Positions 25,106 through 38,989 of a DNA stretch of 64,000 nucleotides are shown here, one piece after another. The translations under genes were made by a program, and so were the position numbers. This DNA comes from Eledone cirrhosa (Eukaryota). Below the pieces are notes generated by a model, which made no database searches, was not told the origin of the DNA, and saw only the letters and a list, made by a program, of their open reading frames with translations. The stretch lies in the NCBI GenBank assembly GCA_964016885.1, contig OZ024740.1, positions 287,556,001 through 287,620,000 of the forward strand. Direction: 5' to 3'. Each line of letters begins with the position of its first letter. The first letter of the stretch is position 1.

Positions 25106-26111
25106 TACTATGGTCGACCACAATTCAAAGCCAAACCATACACATATAACCTTTATCTTACACACTCAAGAAGTGAGTGAAGTGTTTCTTTACTACACCA
25201 CTTCATCTGATTAAAGACATTCAACTATAGGTGGGAGATTTAGCAATAATCCACAAAAGACTACTTACTTTTAATACCTTTTAATTGAACTATTAAAGAA
25301 TTATCATGTTCATCTGTTCAACATTATTATCCATATTGATTTAGTTTTGTCTGTGCTAGTCTGCCGCAGTACACTTTGGCAGTCTGTTTAGATATTAGTC
25401 TTTAACTGTAATATAAGGGTGATAGTTGAGATGCTGTTACAAACATACTAGACTCCATTAAAAATGATCGGCTAATTAAAGATTCTATCAGCAACACACC
25501 AACTACTGGCTTAGAGATGTGTTCTTCTTTGTGTCACTTCCACTTCTACTGCAATGGTTACTATATTTTTTTAAATAAGAAGCTGTGCATCATTTCTACT
25601 CAGGCTTACCTAATACCTCTATCTCCCCTTACTCTTTATCTTATCGTCCTTACTATATCTCATTTCTCAGACATCAGCACTAAACATTCTGGAATTTTCT
25701 ACTTGGCTATGTTTCTTTTAGGAGATGTTCAAACTGAAAAGAAACTGCATCAGTCTCACCATTGTGGGAGGGCGTTAAGGTCAAGGGCACTGTCCTTTCT
25801 TCACAGAGATTGTAGGGAGCCAGCGTAAAAACTTTTATTGTTTCTTGTCTTTGTCTCTCTCATTTATGAACTCATAATCCTGGCTTTCACTTTATCATTC
25901 ATCCCTCTTGGACAGATAAATTATATACCAGTAATGTATTGTTCAATTCAGTTAACCCTTTTGTATTTAAACCGGCCATATCTGGCCAGAATTCTCTCAC
26001 CTCTTCCTGCTGTTCAAACCAGCTGTAACTTGCCTCTCATACTTATATTAAGGTATTGTTCTCAAAATAAATAATATCAAAATCTTATAGATTCGATATT
26101 ATTCAGAAGTA

Positions 26112-27028
26112 TTGAACTAAACTGGTTGCACGCATCATCAATCAAACTATATATATGGCAGAGTCATACCCAAAGGCTGGTGCAGCAGTATTCTCAAAAA
26201 TTGCTACAAAGGTAAAGGGGATGTTCTGGAGAGGAGCAATTATAGGGGTATAAAACTGATGGATCAGGTTATGAAAGTGGCAGAAAGAATATTAGCACAA
26301 CTAATTAGAGAAAGGATCAAATTAGATGAGATGCAGTTTGGTTTTGTGCCTGGGAAAAGTACAACAGATGCCCTCTTCTTAGTGATACAACTACAAGAGA
26401 GGTTCTTAGAGAAGAATAAGCCACTATACTTAGCTTTTGTTGACCTAGAGAAGGCTTTTGATAGGGTACCCCGATCTGTCATCTGGTGGTCCCTAAGGAA
26501 ACTAGGTGTAGAGGAATAGCTTGTGAGGACAGTGCAAGCTATGTACAGGGGTGCTGTCAGTAAAGTGAGAGTAGGAATGGAGTTTAGTGAGGAATTCCAG
26601 ATACAAGTAGGAGTACATCAGGGTTCGGTCCTCAGCCTGCTCTTGTTCATTATAGTCCTCCAAGCCATAACAGAGGAGTTTAAGACTGGCTTCCCATGGG
26701 AACATCTCTATGCTGACGATCTGGTACTTATAGCAGAATCAGTAGAGAATTAGTTGAGAGAGAAACTGTGTATAAGAGGGATAAGTTGTAGTGTGCGGGA
26801 GAGAAGACTACGATGGTATGAACATGTGATGCGCATGGAGGATGACCGCTGGGTAATGAAGTGTCAAGAAATCCCAGTAGAAGGAAGACACAGTAGAGGA
26901 AGACCACGAAAAACATAGGCGGAGGTGGTGAGAGCAGACCTCAGATCACTGAAGCTCACGGAGGAGATGACAAAGGATCGTCCCACCTTTGCAAGCAGGG
27001 AAAAGTGGACGTAAAATGATGATGATGA
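26112..27028 (+). mobile_element. Internally deleted RTE LINE, inserted in a piggyBac-like MITE
   Basis: ORFs 26259-26753 are nearly identical to the 19319-21032 copy; the sequence jumps from YADD to LREKL at ~26752; MITE halves lie at ~25956-26100 and ~27029-27091. Confidence 0.88.
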
Positions 27029-28525
27029 ATTATGGGAGGTAAAACCATGAAAATATAATAGTAAATATAGAGTAATGTAAATGCTAAAGTGTTAAAAGAT
27101 CGGCCTTTTAGTAAAAAAAAATGAATACCTATATAAACACAAGCTCACAGACTTTTTTGTAAAGAGGATAGTCAATTGAATTGACCACTTAGCTGATATT
27201 ATTTTTTGCCTTTCATCCTTACGGGGTCGATAAAATAAAGTACCAGTAATGTACTGGTTAATTGCTGGCCTGCAGTCAAAAGTAGAAACAATTATTTTAT
27301 CAAACATGAAGGGATAAAAGGAAAAATTGCCACAGCACACTTCTACCCTGTATCTACTTCAGCATCTTCATAATTACACCAATCCTACTTTTTATTGAGT
27401 CAACATTGATAGTGAAAACCCTGGTGTTTGTTACCTATCAACAAGTGGATATCCAGTGGAGGTTGGGTTGTCTTTTAATCCCTGTTATATATATATATAT
27501 ATATTAATTATATAATGTGGCAAGTGTCAGAAAGTCCTCTTTTTGAAAAACTATTCTTTTTTTTACTCTAAGAATAATTTATTCTCTAAACAATTCTATT
27601 TCTTTGTCAGCCTATGTATAATTTTTACTTTATTATACTGATTTTCTCATTACCACTTCGGTAAGTAGAGTGAAGGCTATGTTTTGCTGGAGAGAACAAG
27701 ATTAAAAGATGTCAAGATTTGTTTCATCTGTTTTCCTCACTGTGTAGCTATTTGTAGTTAGCATTTTTATACATAATCCTTACATTAAAAATATTAACAC
27801 TAACTTAACTATATTATGGAGTGTGTCCTTTCTTTTATAAGGTGGCAGATTATAATTTGAGGACAACTTAGCTGTTATTTTCAACAGGTTGTGTAACAGT
27901 ATAATGGCACATTCTTTAGCACATATCAATCCTTTAATTCTCACTTAGAAGTGGTACTTGCAGTTATCCTGTTATTCAAGTTCATTTTGGAAAACCAACA
28001 AATGAGATTGTCCTGCTATACAGTAACAGTAAAAAGTAGGAAGCTGTAATCACATATCAGTAAGAACTTGAAGGAAGCAGTAATCGTGTATCTTCAAGTA
28101 TATACAGATGGACAGAGGACACAGCAATTGCTCTAAATATTTAGAAATAGTTTGGTTTCAATATGAGATGGCTTCATATCAGCATTTCGCTGTTGACGGA
28201 AGAGGATGTGTTATATATAAACACACACATTCATATATATGTAAGAGTGTGTGCATGTATATGTGAATGTGTGTGCAAGTTTGTATGTATGTATGTGTAT
28301 ATGTGTATACATATATAGACATGCATACATATATGTGTGTGTGTATGTGTAAAATTAATAAGTGTTCTTAAAATTATTAAAGAATTAAATACCTAGACAA
28401 AAATGACTCAATACTAAGAGTAGAGTTGCCTTATTTATTACTAATTAGATGGTTGAGATGACTGTTGCTTCAAAGTTTTGGCAACACTTTGAAGTAACAG
28501 TCATCTCCATGATTTAATTTATATA

Positions 28526-28779
28526 TCATCATCATCATTTTATGTCCGCTTTTCCCTGCTTGCAAGGGTGGGACGGGAACTGATTCTGGCTTGATTTCTA
28601 CAGCTGGATGCCCTTCCTAACACCAACCTCATTTACAGTGAGTGCTGGGTACTTTTTTGCCGTGGCACCTCCATGACCACTTTGCTGTGGAATGATAGGG
28701 ACTGGGGTCCCTATCATCTCATTTCTACAGCTGAGTAAACTGGAGCAATGTGAAATAAAGTGTCTTGCTCAAGGAAACA

Positions 28780-28781
<2 letters not shown>
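28526..28781 (-). mobile_element. Tripartite CORE/RTE-tail SINE, head truncated
   Basis: Near-identical to 5812-6072. Confidence 0.85.
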
Positions 28782-28823
<42 letters not shown>

Positions 28824-29218
28824 GTTTTAATATGTATAATAAAGCCAAAACAATGCAGGTATGGACATAGAAAAAAGAATGCGATTGCAAAAGATATTGT
28901 TGACAAATCGTCTTTTACCTTAGATTTATTTAAATGTCCTTAATTTTCGAGATAATATCTCTTCTTCAAAGGGAAATAAAGGTCTCAAACCAGCCTTCTA
29001 AATATCTCAAACCAGCCTTCTAAATGGCTTGGCAAGATATTTAGAAGGCTGGTTTGAGACCTTTATTTCCCTCTGAAGAAGAGATATTATCTCGAAAATT
29101 AAGGACATTTAAATAAATCTAAGGTAAAAGACGATTTGTCAACAATATCTTTTGCAATTGCATTCTTTTTTCTATGTCCATACCTGCATTGTTTTGGCTT
29201 TATTATACATATTCAAAC
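28824..29218. repeat. Palindrome, ~184-bp arms (28824-29007 / 29035-29218)
   Basis: About 3 mismatches; the 27-bp spacer contains a direct duplicate CAAACCAGCCTTCTAAAT; TA runs on both sides. Confidence 0.95.
29062..29117 (+). ncRNA. Minimal hammerhead motif (mirror on minus strand has UUGAAGA)
   Basis: CCT CTGAAGA A GAGAT-ATT-ATCTC GAAA AT TA AGG; distal stem I TTTATTT/AAATAAA; stem III reduced to the palindrome AATT. Confidence 0.62.
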
Positions 29219-29263
29219 GTTTATACCTCATTACACAATGCTTCAAGTGAACTATAACCTCCT

Positions 29264-29295
<32 letters not shown>

Positions 29296-29297
<2 letters not shown>

Positions 29298-29475
29298 GTT
29301 ACCTGGGCGATAAAATCAGCAGTGGGGGAGGGTGCTCTGAAAGTACTGTAGCTAGAGTCAGAACTGGTTGGAAAAAGTTCAGAGAGCTTATACCACTATT
29401 AGCTGCTAAAGGGTTCTCCCTAAAAAGGAAAGGCAGGTTGTACGATGCCTGCATACGAACAGCAATGCTGCATGT
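29296..29475 (+). mobile_element. RTE internal fragment
   Basis: YLGDKISSGGGCSES..WKKFRELIPLL..KGRLYDACIR. Confidence 0.8.
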
Positions 29476-29772
29476 GGAAACTAAAAGATCCTTCTGCTAA
29501 AAATAAGTTCAGAGATTTCCTATGTGATGTATATGAAGAAAAGGAGGAATAATTAGGTAATTATAAAATAGAGGACAACTAGAAATTTGCTTGTACAGTG
29601 TGAATTAATAAGAAATTAAATTAATTGAACATATTTAATTAAACTAAATGTAATTTTGATATTACTTTCATTAAAAAATCAATTACTACTATGTCTTCCT
29701 TCCACTTATGGATGAATTAATCAAAAGTTAGTCACAATATTTATATATCTTTTATTATAGATCAACAATAAG

Positions 29773-29979
29773 ATGGTATCAGTAAAGAATCGGACAACAT
29801 ACTTTGTGACATATAGTCACGGCCCTTTATGTTCTGGATTCAAATCCTGCCAAAGTTAGCTTTGCCTTTCATCCTTACAGGGTCGAAAAAGTAAAGTACC
29901 AGTAACGCACTGGGTCAATTTAGTTTACTTTCCTCTTCCCCGAGATTGTTGGCCTTGTGCCTAAATCAGAAAACATTAT
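29773..29979 (+). mobile_element. tRNA-derived SINE (family A, diverged)
   Basis: Family A body and tail. Confidence 0.8.
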
Positions 29980-32900
29980 AGATCAGTAGTAAAAGGGAGA
30001 TAGGATTTTGGAATAGTCAAGAACAACTGAAATATATTAGAGTCGTTTTTAGTGAAATATAAAAACATTACTAGTGTGAGAGGTAAACTATGTCAACAAA
30101 TGACCATTTCTCCGATGCAACACAGCTAAAAAATGATACAAGGCCAGAAATTTTGGAGGAGAGGTGAGTTAATTGAACTGAGCCCAGTACTGGATTGGTA
30201 TTTTATTTTATTGACCCTGGAAGGATTAAAAGCAAAGTTGACTTCGAATGGATTTGAACTTAGAAAATAAAGAATCAAAAGAAATACTACAGAAATTTTT
30301 CCAATGCATCCCCACCCCTCCCAAAAATCAAGTGACTAAGTAATGACCTGGCTTTTGTTAGAGTTCGTCTATAAACAATCAAAGATATTGAAAACTCTGA
30401 AAAATAGGCAAAAATGAAAAAACAAGATTTAACAGTTTTTGTTATTGTTTTTTGTTTTGTTTTATTGTTGTTTTTGTTTAAAAATATAACATAAGTAAAT
30501 CCAAGGAAATTATGTGTATGAAAGGTCAATCAACATGACAGAGTTCACCTCTTGAACTTAACATAGCATGCTAAAAAAACACAATATCTAATATTGAGTT
30601 ATATACTTCCCATAGTTCAATTCCTGGGCTGGGTTGTGTGCTGTGTTCTTGAGCAAAACACTTCATTTCATGTTGCTCCAGTATACTGAGCTGAAAATGA
30701 GTACCAGCCATAGCTGTGAGTTTAATCCTGTGATTGACTGGCATCCTACGGGGGGGGGGGGGGGGGGGGGTCATGTATTCTCAGTCACTTAATGCCACAG
30801 AAACCACACCAGCCTGATGAATTCCAGGTTTGAGACAGCCTTTAGACTAGATAGCCTCCAGTACAGTACCTTATCAATACTGTGATAAAATACACTCTTA
30901 CAATGGGAAATGTTGTCTTCTGCCCATATTAACTACAAAATCATTCACCTTTACATCTTCATGGTCCTACGTAACACAGCCAGATGCACCACATTGTTTA
31001 GGAAACTTAGTAATTGGTCAACACAGGACTAGTGCTGTTATGTCTTTGCAGCACTACTTTTATCATTATTCACATTGGTTTATATACAGACTCTTGTGAT
31101 ACACAAGTATAAATTAAGAACACATAGAAATAAAATAAAAAACAGTTAAATGTCTTGAAAACAAAAATCTTCTAAAGGCAAAAGAAAAAAAAAACGAAAC
31201 AACAAAACAATTAAACTTTTACAGCTTCTATAACACTAATATCATATATCTGTATCACAATACCAATAATTAGGTTCAAACTCAAAACAACAAAGCCTTG
31301 AACTGCTTTTATTGTTTAGACCCAGACCAGTCCTGACTGAGTGGACCTATGATCAAAAATATTTGTTATAACATATCTCATTATATTTTTCAGGCATATA
31401 CACCCAGAATCATATTATATAACATGTATTTTTCCTTTTTAGACGTTTTACACAGAGTTGGTTGCTCTTTCTAGCAAGGCATAGATTATTTGTCTACCTG
31501 GTAAATCCAGGTATTCATGCACAAGGAAAAGACAAATATATCAAAATGTCAAGCAAGAATCGCTTTATCAAGTTAATGAAGAAAGAAATGTATTAAAACG
31601 TTTTACATGAATACCTTCACCATAACTCAGTTCCTTAAATTTTGGATTGCCTATAACATATCTCAGTTATGGCTTATTTCATGGTCCAATGGTTAGAGGT
31701 AATAAGAGGTGGGGCGTTTATTCAATTCTAAAAGTAATTAGCCCTAGCAAATAAACCATCATTCTACACATACAAAAACTGTTGCAAAAATAATAGGAAA
31801 ATAGTGACAAAAGTATATTTTTTAAAACTATATACTATGTAATATAAGATTAAATTAATTTATTTTTTAAATCCCACCCACTGTCATCTATCAACCGTGT
31901 AACAAGAAGTTACCTAGGAGAATTGCAATATCTCTAGCAATGACTGATTAATTTCAAATGAGAGAAAAAATATATAAAATGTCATCACATTAGTTGTATT
32001 TTATTATTAATTGTTTCTACTTTAGGCACAAGGCCAGCAATTACTCAGTACATTACTGGTACTTTATTTTATCGACCCTGTAAGGATGAAAGGCAAAGTT
32101 TTATTAATGGTGCTGGTAAATGGAATGGATAATGTTGATGAAAATAGATCAATTTTTCTTTAAATAAAAAAAAACTGGTCAGACAGTTCACTTTTTCTTG
32201 TTCGTGGTTTTTATTGTATTTTTCATTCTCTTTCTTTCTACTTTGATTGATTCCAGTGTTAAAAATTATGTAAGCTTAAATAGATAATTAATCTCAACTT
32301 TACATGTTTTATTTATTTATTATCAACGGTGGATTTGTTCATTAATCTGATGTTATACAGTGATGATCAATGAAGTTGTCACGAATGTAAAACATACAGA
32401 TGGGATTTGTTATATACAGCATAATGTAATGACCGAATATATATACACATACATATACTCTACAGGACTGAAGGGGAAGAAAATAATCTATGTTCCATGG
32501 AAATTTTGAAGATAATGAGACAAAAATAGGTCTAATCAATAAACACCATGAAATATTAATCAGCTGTACAGATAAATTTCAACAAACTTTCTTGAAATTT
32601 TCAATTAAATCCTAAGAATCTTATAATGATAAAAATTCTTTAAATTCTTATATCACCTAATAACCTTGAAAGTACTACCTCATGCTTTTATAAATAACCT
32701 TGCTGCAAATATATGATATATATGCACAAGTGCAGATATATGTGCACACTTGGATAGTTATACATCTATGTGTATGCTGTGGGTATACATCAGTGAGTAC
32801 TTTCTCCACAATCTTTAATAGACTTATCCTCTCCTCTATACCATTTGATAAAAGTTGTGGCTTCTATGATCCCGTGTTTCGAATCATATGGCCCCATTCT

Positions 32901-33089
32901 GGAAGACCCCTCCACATTTAGTCCCCCTTTTAAATATTTAATTACTATAGTAGTTATCTCATCTTTTCTTATATTACTTTATGTATTAATTCATCCTTAT
33001 ATCTACATACAATGGTTGATAGTTAAACAATTAATATGCAAGTGGTTGAGTATGTGTTTATATGTATGACATCTGAATAAATATCCTCC

Positions 33090-33410
33090 ACTTCCAACTA
33101 ACTTACATTCCGCCTCTTGGTCCCTGCCGACAGGATGGAGAATACATTGCCACGGAGGTTGGCAAGGGAGAAATGCTGGAACAGCCACTCCACCTCGCGG
33201 GGCTTGCACCTGGAGGCAGCCAACTTCACTCCAATAGCAGTGAGCAGGGATGTGACCCAAGGCCCAAGAATGCCAGAAGTTTCCCCTGCTACAGGCTCTA
33301 CCACAAACCTATCAGAGAGCAGCTGATGCTTCAACAGTTTGCCCTGGTGGGCACAGAGCCTGAGCTGGTAGCCGACTGCACCAGGTTGCCACTAGAGAAG
33401 GTGTCACACC
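33090..33410 (-). mobile_element. CRE-like non-LTR retrotransposon 3' fragment (restriction-like endonuclease tail)
   Basis: ORF 33098-33334 VEPVAGETSGILG..REVEWLFQHFSLANLRGNVFSIL resembles the P.A.ET.G..G ... QR.S.A..RGN terminus of CRE-clade ORFs. Confidence 0.6.
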
Positions 33411-33802
33411 TTTTATATAATGATATTTGTATAGCTTAAAATTAAATATGTATTGCATATATTTAAGCATTCTTTTATATGGAGTACATATGTTCCTCCT
33501 TTATTTAAATCTTGACCTTCTCAAAAGTACAGAAAACATGATAGCATCACCACATACCTGAGAAATAAAAGATACAATATATTTGTGCCTACCTAACAGA
33601 GGTTTATGATACACTTTAATATAGATATCTTTCTTTATAGATAATTAACAACCCCATTTCTCAATCATTCTTTGGAGTAGCAGTGTTTATATTACTTGTT
33701 AGAATTATGCTGTGAGGAAAAGACAATGTTAGCTCAATTACAAATACTATTTTTACCTTTTAGTACTACGTAATCATTTCTAATTATCATTATTATCTAT
33801 TG

Positions 33803-35012
33803 CTCAAATCCCGCCAAGGTTAACTTTGCCTTTCATCCTTATGGGGTCGATAAAATAAAGTACCAGTAATGCACTGGGTAATTAGTGGCCTTGTGCCTAA
33901 AGTAGAAACAATTATTATCTATTGCTCATCTGCTGGATTGGCAGTATCGGTAGGTTAGATACAATGCTTTGCAGCATAGAGTTATGGCACATTATGGTCT
34001 GAGTTCGAATCCCGCCAAGGTTAATTTTGCCTTTCATCCTTACAGGGTCAATAAAATAAAGTACCAGTAATGCACTGGGATAATTGCTGGCCTTGTGCCA
34101 AAAGTAGAAACAATTATTATTTATTGTTTAGTACATTGTTGTTATTCATAATCAGTCCCAGATAGATAGACAGACAGACAGATAAATGTCTCAATACAAG
34201 CCTACATTAGAAGAAGGTAACAAGAGGATTGTCCTATGCAATGTTACTACTAAATAGGGAATGTCCAAGGGACATCTATCTATCTTGTAGCTAAACAGGA
34301 TATAGGAAACTAATCTGTCCACTTAGTGAAAATACAATTAGCCAGTGATAATTATTTGATTTCATTTCCCATTCACTAAAAACAAACAACAGCCTTCTTT
34401 TCATCATTTCCTCTCCTTTTGATATCAGTATCCTTTCATATTAGCTTATCATTATTGGTGGGGTCGACTTTGCCTTTTATCATTCCAGGAGTTGATAAAA
34501 TAAGTACTAGTCAAGTAGTGAGGTCGATAATACAGTGTTGATTTCCCCATATTTGTGACCTTGACCTTATGTCAGAAATTATAGTGAGTCATACAAATGT
34601 TTTATGGAATTTGTTTTGACTTTTTAAATCCTGAGTTCAAATCCTATCAAAGTCAACTTTGTTTTTCATCCTTCCAAGGTCAATAAAATAGATTACCAGT
34701 AAAGTACTGGGTTCAATTTAATCGACTTTCCCTTCCCACCAAATAGTTGGCGTTGAGACCATTGTTATTATTGGGGAATTGGTAGTATCAGTAAAGCATT
34801 GGACAAAATGCTTTGTGGCAGTTACTTAAGACTTTTTACGTTCTAAGCTGAAACCCACTCAGGTTAACTTTGCCGTTCATCCTTTTAGAGGTCAATAAAA
34901 TAAAGCATCAGTCCAGTACTGGGGTTGATATAATTGACTTTCTTCTCTCTCCACCCACTCCAAATTATTGGCCTTGTGCCTAAATTAGAAATCACTATTA
35001 TTATTATTATTA
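33803..35012 (+). mobile_element. Cluster of about five family-A SINE copies/fragments in the same orientation
   Basis: Copies at ~33803-33918, 33935-34120, 34455-34580, 34626-34770 and 34775-35012. Confidence 0.82.
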
Positions 35013-36190
35013 GTCTATAATTTTTACAATTGCAGTGTGGGTAATTCTGCCAGTTTTGTTTGCTAATTATATAGGGCCCCAGCCTGTGTCTTTAGATATT
35101 TAACATATACCTTAAGGTTCTAACTGTACCAAAGAAACATCCTTTCTGTAGTGTTGTTGCAAGGTTTATTGTTAAACTGATCATAGAAATCCAGTTGGTG
35201 ATAATTTCAGACACTGTACCTAGTGACCCTATTATAATAAGAATTGCCATTATCTCTCTGTAGTTCCACAACCTTTACAGTTCCCACTTTAGATCCTAGT
35301 ATTCATATATCTTATTTTTCATCACTCTAGTATTGAATGGGCAGGCTATATTTATTATCTTACAACTTCTAATATCTTTCTCTAGTACAACTATATCTGG
35401 CCTTGAATGTTCCAGTTTTTTGTCTCTCTGGATTTTCATATTCCATTACATTTTTATTTCTTCATTTTCAAAAATTATTTTTGTTGGTTTATCTTCATAT
35501 CCCTTTCTCGATATTTTTTTATTGCATGATTATTATCCTTATTATCAAATTAAATTTTTAAAAAAATAGAAACCAGTATTGTTGTTGTAGTTATCTGGAT
35601 TGGAAGAATCATTGTTTTAACTATATACATTCTGAGTTCAAATTTGTCTTTCATTATTCCGGTGTTGATAAAATAAAGTACCAGTTCAAAACGTGAGTCA
35701 GTTTAATCAGCTAATACTCCCACCCCTAACTTTTGGTGTTGTGCCTATGTTAAAAACAATTATTTCTATTGGTGCTATTTTTATTCCAATACAGGTAAAA
35801 TTTTGTTATAACAAAATTTTTTTCAATCTCCAAGGTAATAACAAACTCTCCATTTGTTTTGATCAATCTCATTATAAAGAAATTTTTGTTATTACGGATG
35901 TTTTTTTTTGTACCCTGTGAATTTCATTATAATGGAATTTCGTTGTAGTTTTATTTTATTATTTTTTTTTTTACTTACTTTCACTTCACAACCAAGACAA
36001 CTCTGTATGTCTTAGGTGCATGAAATGTTTTGTTTTGTTTTTATGTTTTGCTATTGTATTGCGAATACTATTCATTGCATGTATGTATTATGTCTAGACA
36101 TACTATTTTATATATCATGTGTGTGTAAGCTCTACTGTTTTGTTTATACTTATCTACAATTCATTTTATCATTCATACCCAAGTCACATT

Positions 36191-37058
36191 CAAGGTCTGT
36201 CAAAAAAGTATCTGACTTTATTTATTCCCAAGAGAAATAATGACATTAGGAAGACAAATGTAAGTAGAATGGAGCTGCATACATTCATGCACATGTGTGG
36301 CTTTTGGTGAGCTCACTGGATGTATCAGTCACTGTTAGGCAGCAAAGCACATGAAGCGCTATACTACTTACTAGCTGCATTTTCATATTGCCTAATATTG
36401 CCAATAAGGATCCTGAGTTCCTGAATATCATGATATCTGGAGATGAGAAGTGTGTGTACAGGTTCAGCCAGGAAACTAAGGCTCAGTCATTATTGTGGAA
36501 GCAGCCAATATTGCTACGTCCCAAGAAAGCTTGTCATAGGCAGAACAAAATTATCAATGTAATGCAGTTTTCTTTGACTACCAAGGTATGCATATTGAAT
36601 ACATACCAAAAGGACAAACAGTTACAAAAGAGTACTATCAAGAAATACTTCAATGTCTTGTGATGCAGTTCAGTGTAAGAAACTAGATCTGTGGCATCAC
36701 AATACTAGCAGCTGCATCATGACAATGCCACAGCTAATTTGTCACAGTTGATTCAAGATCTGTTGGCAAAAAAAAAAGACATTTGCCAGGCTCCCTACTT
36801 TACAGACAAGGCTCCTTTTGACTTCTGGTTGTTCCCCAAAATAAAAAAAAAGCTTTGTGAACTGAGAGGACATCATGCAAACTGTAAAATTGAAAGCCAT
36901 TCCAGAAGCATTCCAGGTGTGCATTGAATAACATAAAGATTGTTGGGCTGTACATGGAGGCACAAGGGACCTACTCGAAAGGAGATTAGTAAGTGAACCC
37001 CACTAAGTACATATTTTTTTTCCTAAGCTTAATGTCTGATTCTTTTTGACAGACTTTG
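36191..37058 (+). mobile_element. Mariner DNA transposon fossil (internally deleted)
   Basis: TIRs CAAGGTCTGTCAAAAAAGTATCTGAC / GTCTGATTCTTTTTGACAGACTTTG|TA; remnants ISGDEKCVY, LHHDNA, APYFTDKAPFDFWLFPKIK. Confidence 0.85.
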
Positions 37059-37279
37059 TACAAAGATTATTTGTTTTTTTCAATTTCCCAATTCTAGCTA
37101 TATCTCTTGCCTTGAAGAAGTTCCTGCTTTTCTTTCAGATATATATTGTTAGCCATTGGATCGATATATCAAGAGAATGTTTTTCCTAATTGTCATTGAT
37201 AATAATATCTGAATAATTTTCCTGAATCTACCTGTTCTATTCTTATTTCATAATATTAACATAGTTTGCTGTGTATGAA

Positions 37280-38140
37280 TCCTCCAACACCTATATGCTT
37301 CATTTCAGCTTAGACTAGGCAGTCAAAAACAATATGAATGGTCGTTTCATTACATTCCACATATTCTGCAGTTACTTTTTATGTTCTGTTTCATTATATA
37401 CTTTTAATAGTTTCTTGTTAGGTCTAGGTGTTGTGCTACATTAAAAAAGAAATCCTTCAGAAGCAGCTTTGAGTCTTGTGCTTCTCAGCAAGTGCTCACA
37501 TTTTACTTTGCCCACTTACACTTTGCTCTGTCTTGCCAGATATTGTACAGGCTTATAAAGGCCATGTAGAGGCTTTTCTTGCCAATGTCTTAGCATGCCA
37601 TTTTGTTATACAATTTAGTTTTTAATATCTTAATATATTCTGTTGTCCCCATCTTCCTCACAACAGTTTGAAGACAGAAAACAATTTCTTTTTCTTTTGT
37701 TAAAGTTTTGTAGATAGTTATATTAGTGTTCTTTTATTCTTGACAATATATTTTTGGCATCTTACAGTTGATATTTTATAATAGTTGCAAAGGGCCTTAT
37801 TCTTTTTGTATTTGGTAAATATAGCTTCATTTCTCTCTGTCAGATTTCAGATACTGCATTCTAAACCAGTCATTATTTTCATTATTTTCCTATTTAGTCT
37901 TAATAACTCACTCAGCTTCCAATTGAGAATATTATAACTATAACTTATTACTGCAACAGCTGGAGATGTTACTTTGTTTTTGACATTGAACGTTATTTAT
38001 AACCTTTTCTTTAATTTGTGTTGTACCTTGTCTAGCTCATTGATTCCTAAGTAGTTGTAACTCTGTATTTGGTCTAATTCTCTTATCTTTGTTTCGCTAA
38101 CATCATATAATGATTTTTCTTCCTTGTTATTTCATTGATA
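37280..38140 (-). mobile_element. Highly degraded R4/Dong-like LINE remnant
   Basis: KIRELDQIQSYNYLGINE (~38040-38095) and CRICG..IHIVFDC (~37320-37372); a possible 3' continuation lies at ~35090-35450. Confidence 0.4.
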
Positions 38141-38989
38141 TTAATGGATATTTCTTAAAGCAGTAAAGTAGCAATATTTGTTATTAAGCATGTGCTTCTT
38201 CTTATGATTATTATTTGTCTTTGTAATGTCTGGTTCGTCCGTTATACTTGTGGCAAAAAAAAATAAATGATTAGTATTTTTGTTGATATTATTATTATTA
38301 TTAAAAAACAAAACCACCACCTTCACCACCAACAAAAATACCAACGCCAGTGGAAAGCTTACCCCTCCCTGGCATTACACAGTTCGACACTGAGTGTGAT
38401 GATGCTGAGGAGTGGCTAACTGTTGGCTTGAGGAAAGCCAAAAGAAAAAACTAACCCCCTTCGTCCTCAAAACAAAAAAAGGTCAAACACTCAACACCAC
38501 CATACACACCACCACCAAAACCAACACCCACACTTACACTACAACAAACACCAATACCACCACCACCTACACCACCATCATCACCTACATCAACACCAAA
38601 GACACAAACAACACTGCACATGCACTACACAGCAATAGACATAAACAACAAAATCCTATTCAATTACTTTACAACACACCACCGACATTAAATAAACAAG
38701 TTATATACAACCACAAAAGATTGCACCCCAACCGCATATAAAATTTTACAAATCACAGAAAAGACATATACACTTATAAAAACTAAGTTCCCCGAGGCAG
38801 TTGGCGAATATAGAGAAACCTCCTTCTCAAAGAGAATATATTCTGGTATACTTGTGAAGAAACCTACACCGAGCCAGAGGGATGATTCACCCCCCCCCCC
38901 CACACACACACACACCAAAAAAAAACAAGGTAAGTCTCTCTCTCTCTCACTTGTTTCCTCCTACCTTATCGAGAATGGCCTCTCTCAGA

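Noticed and set aside
23080-25830. Old CR1/L2-like remnants at ~23080-23460 and ~25480-25830 (also RTE-like traces at ~2500-2800 and ~43850-44130)
   Set aside because: Too degraded to call without a profile search.
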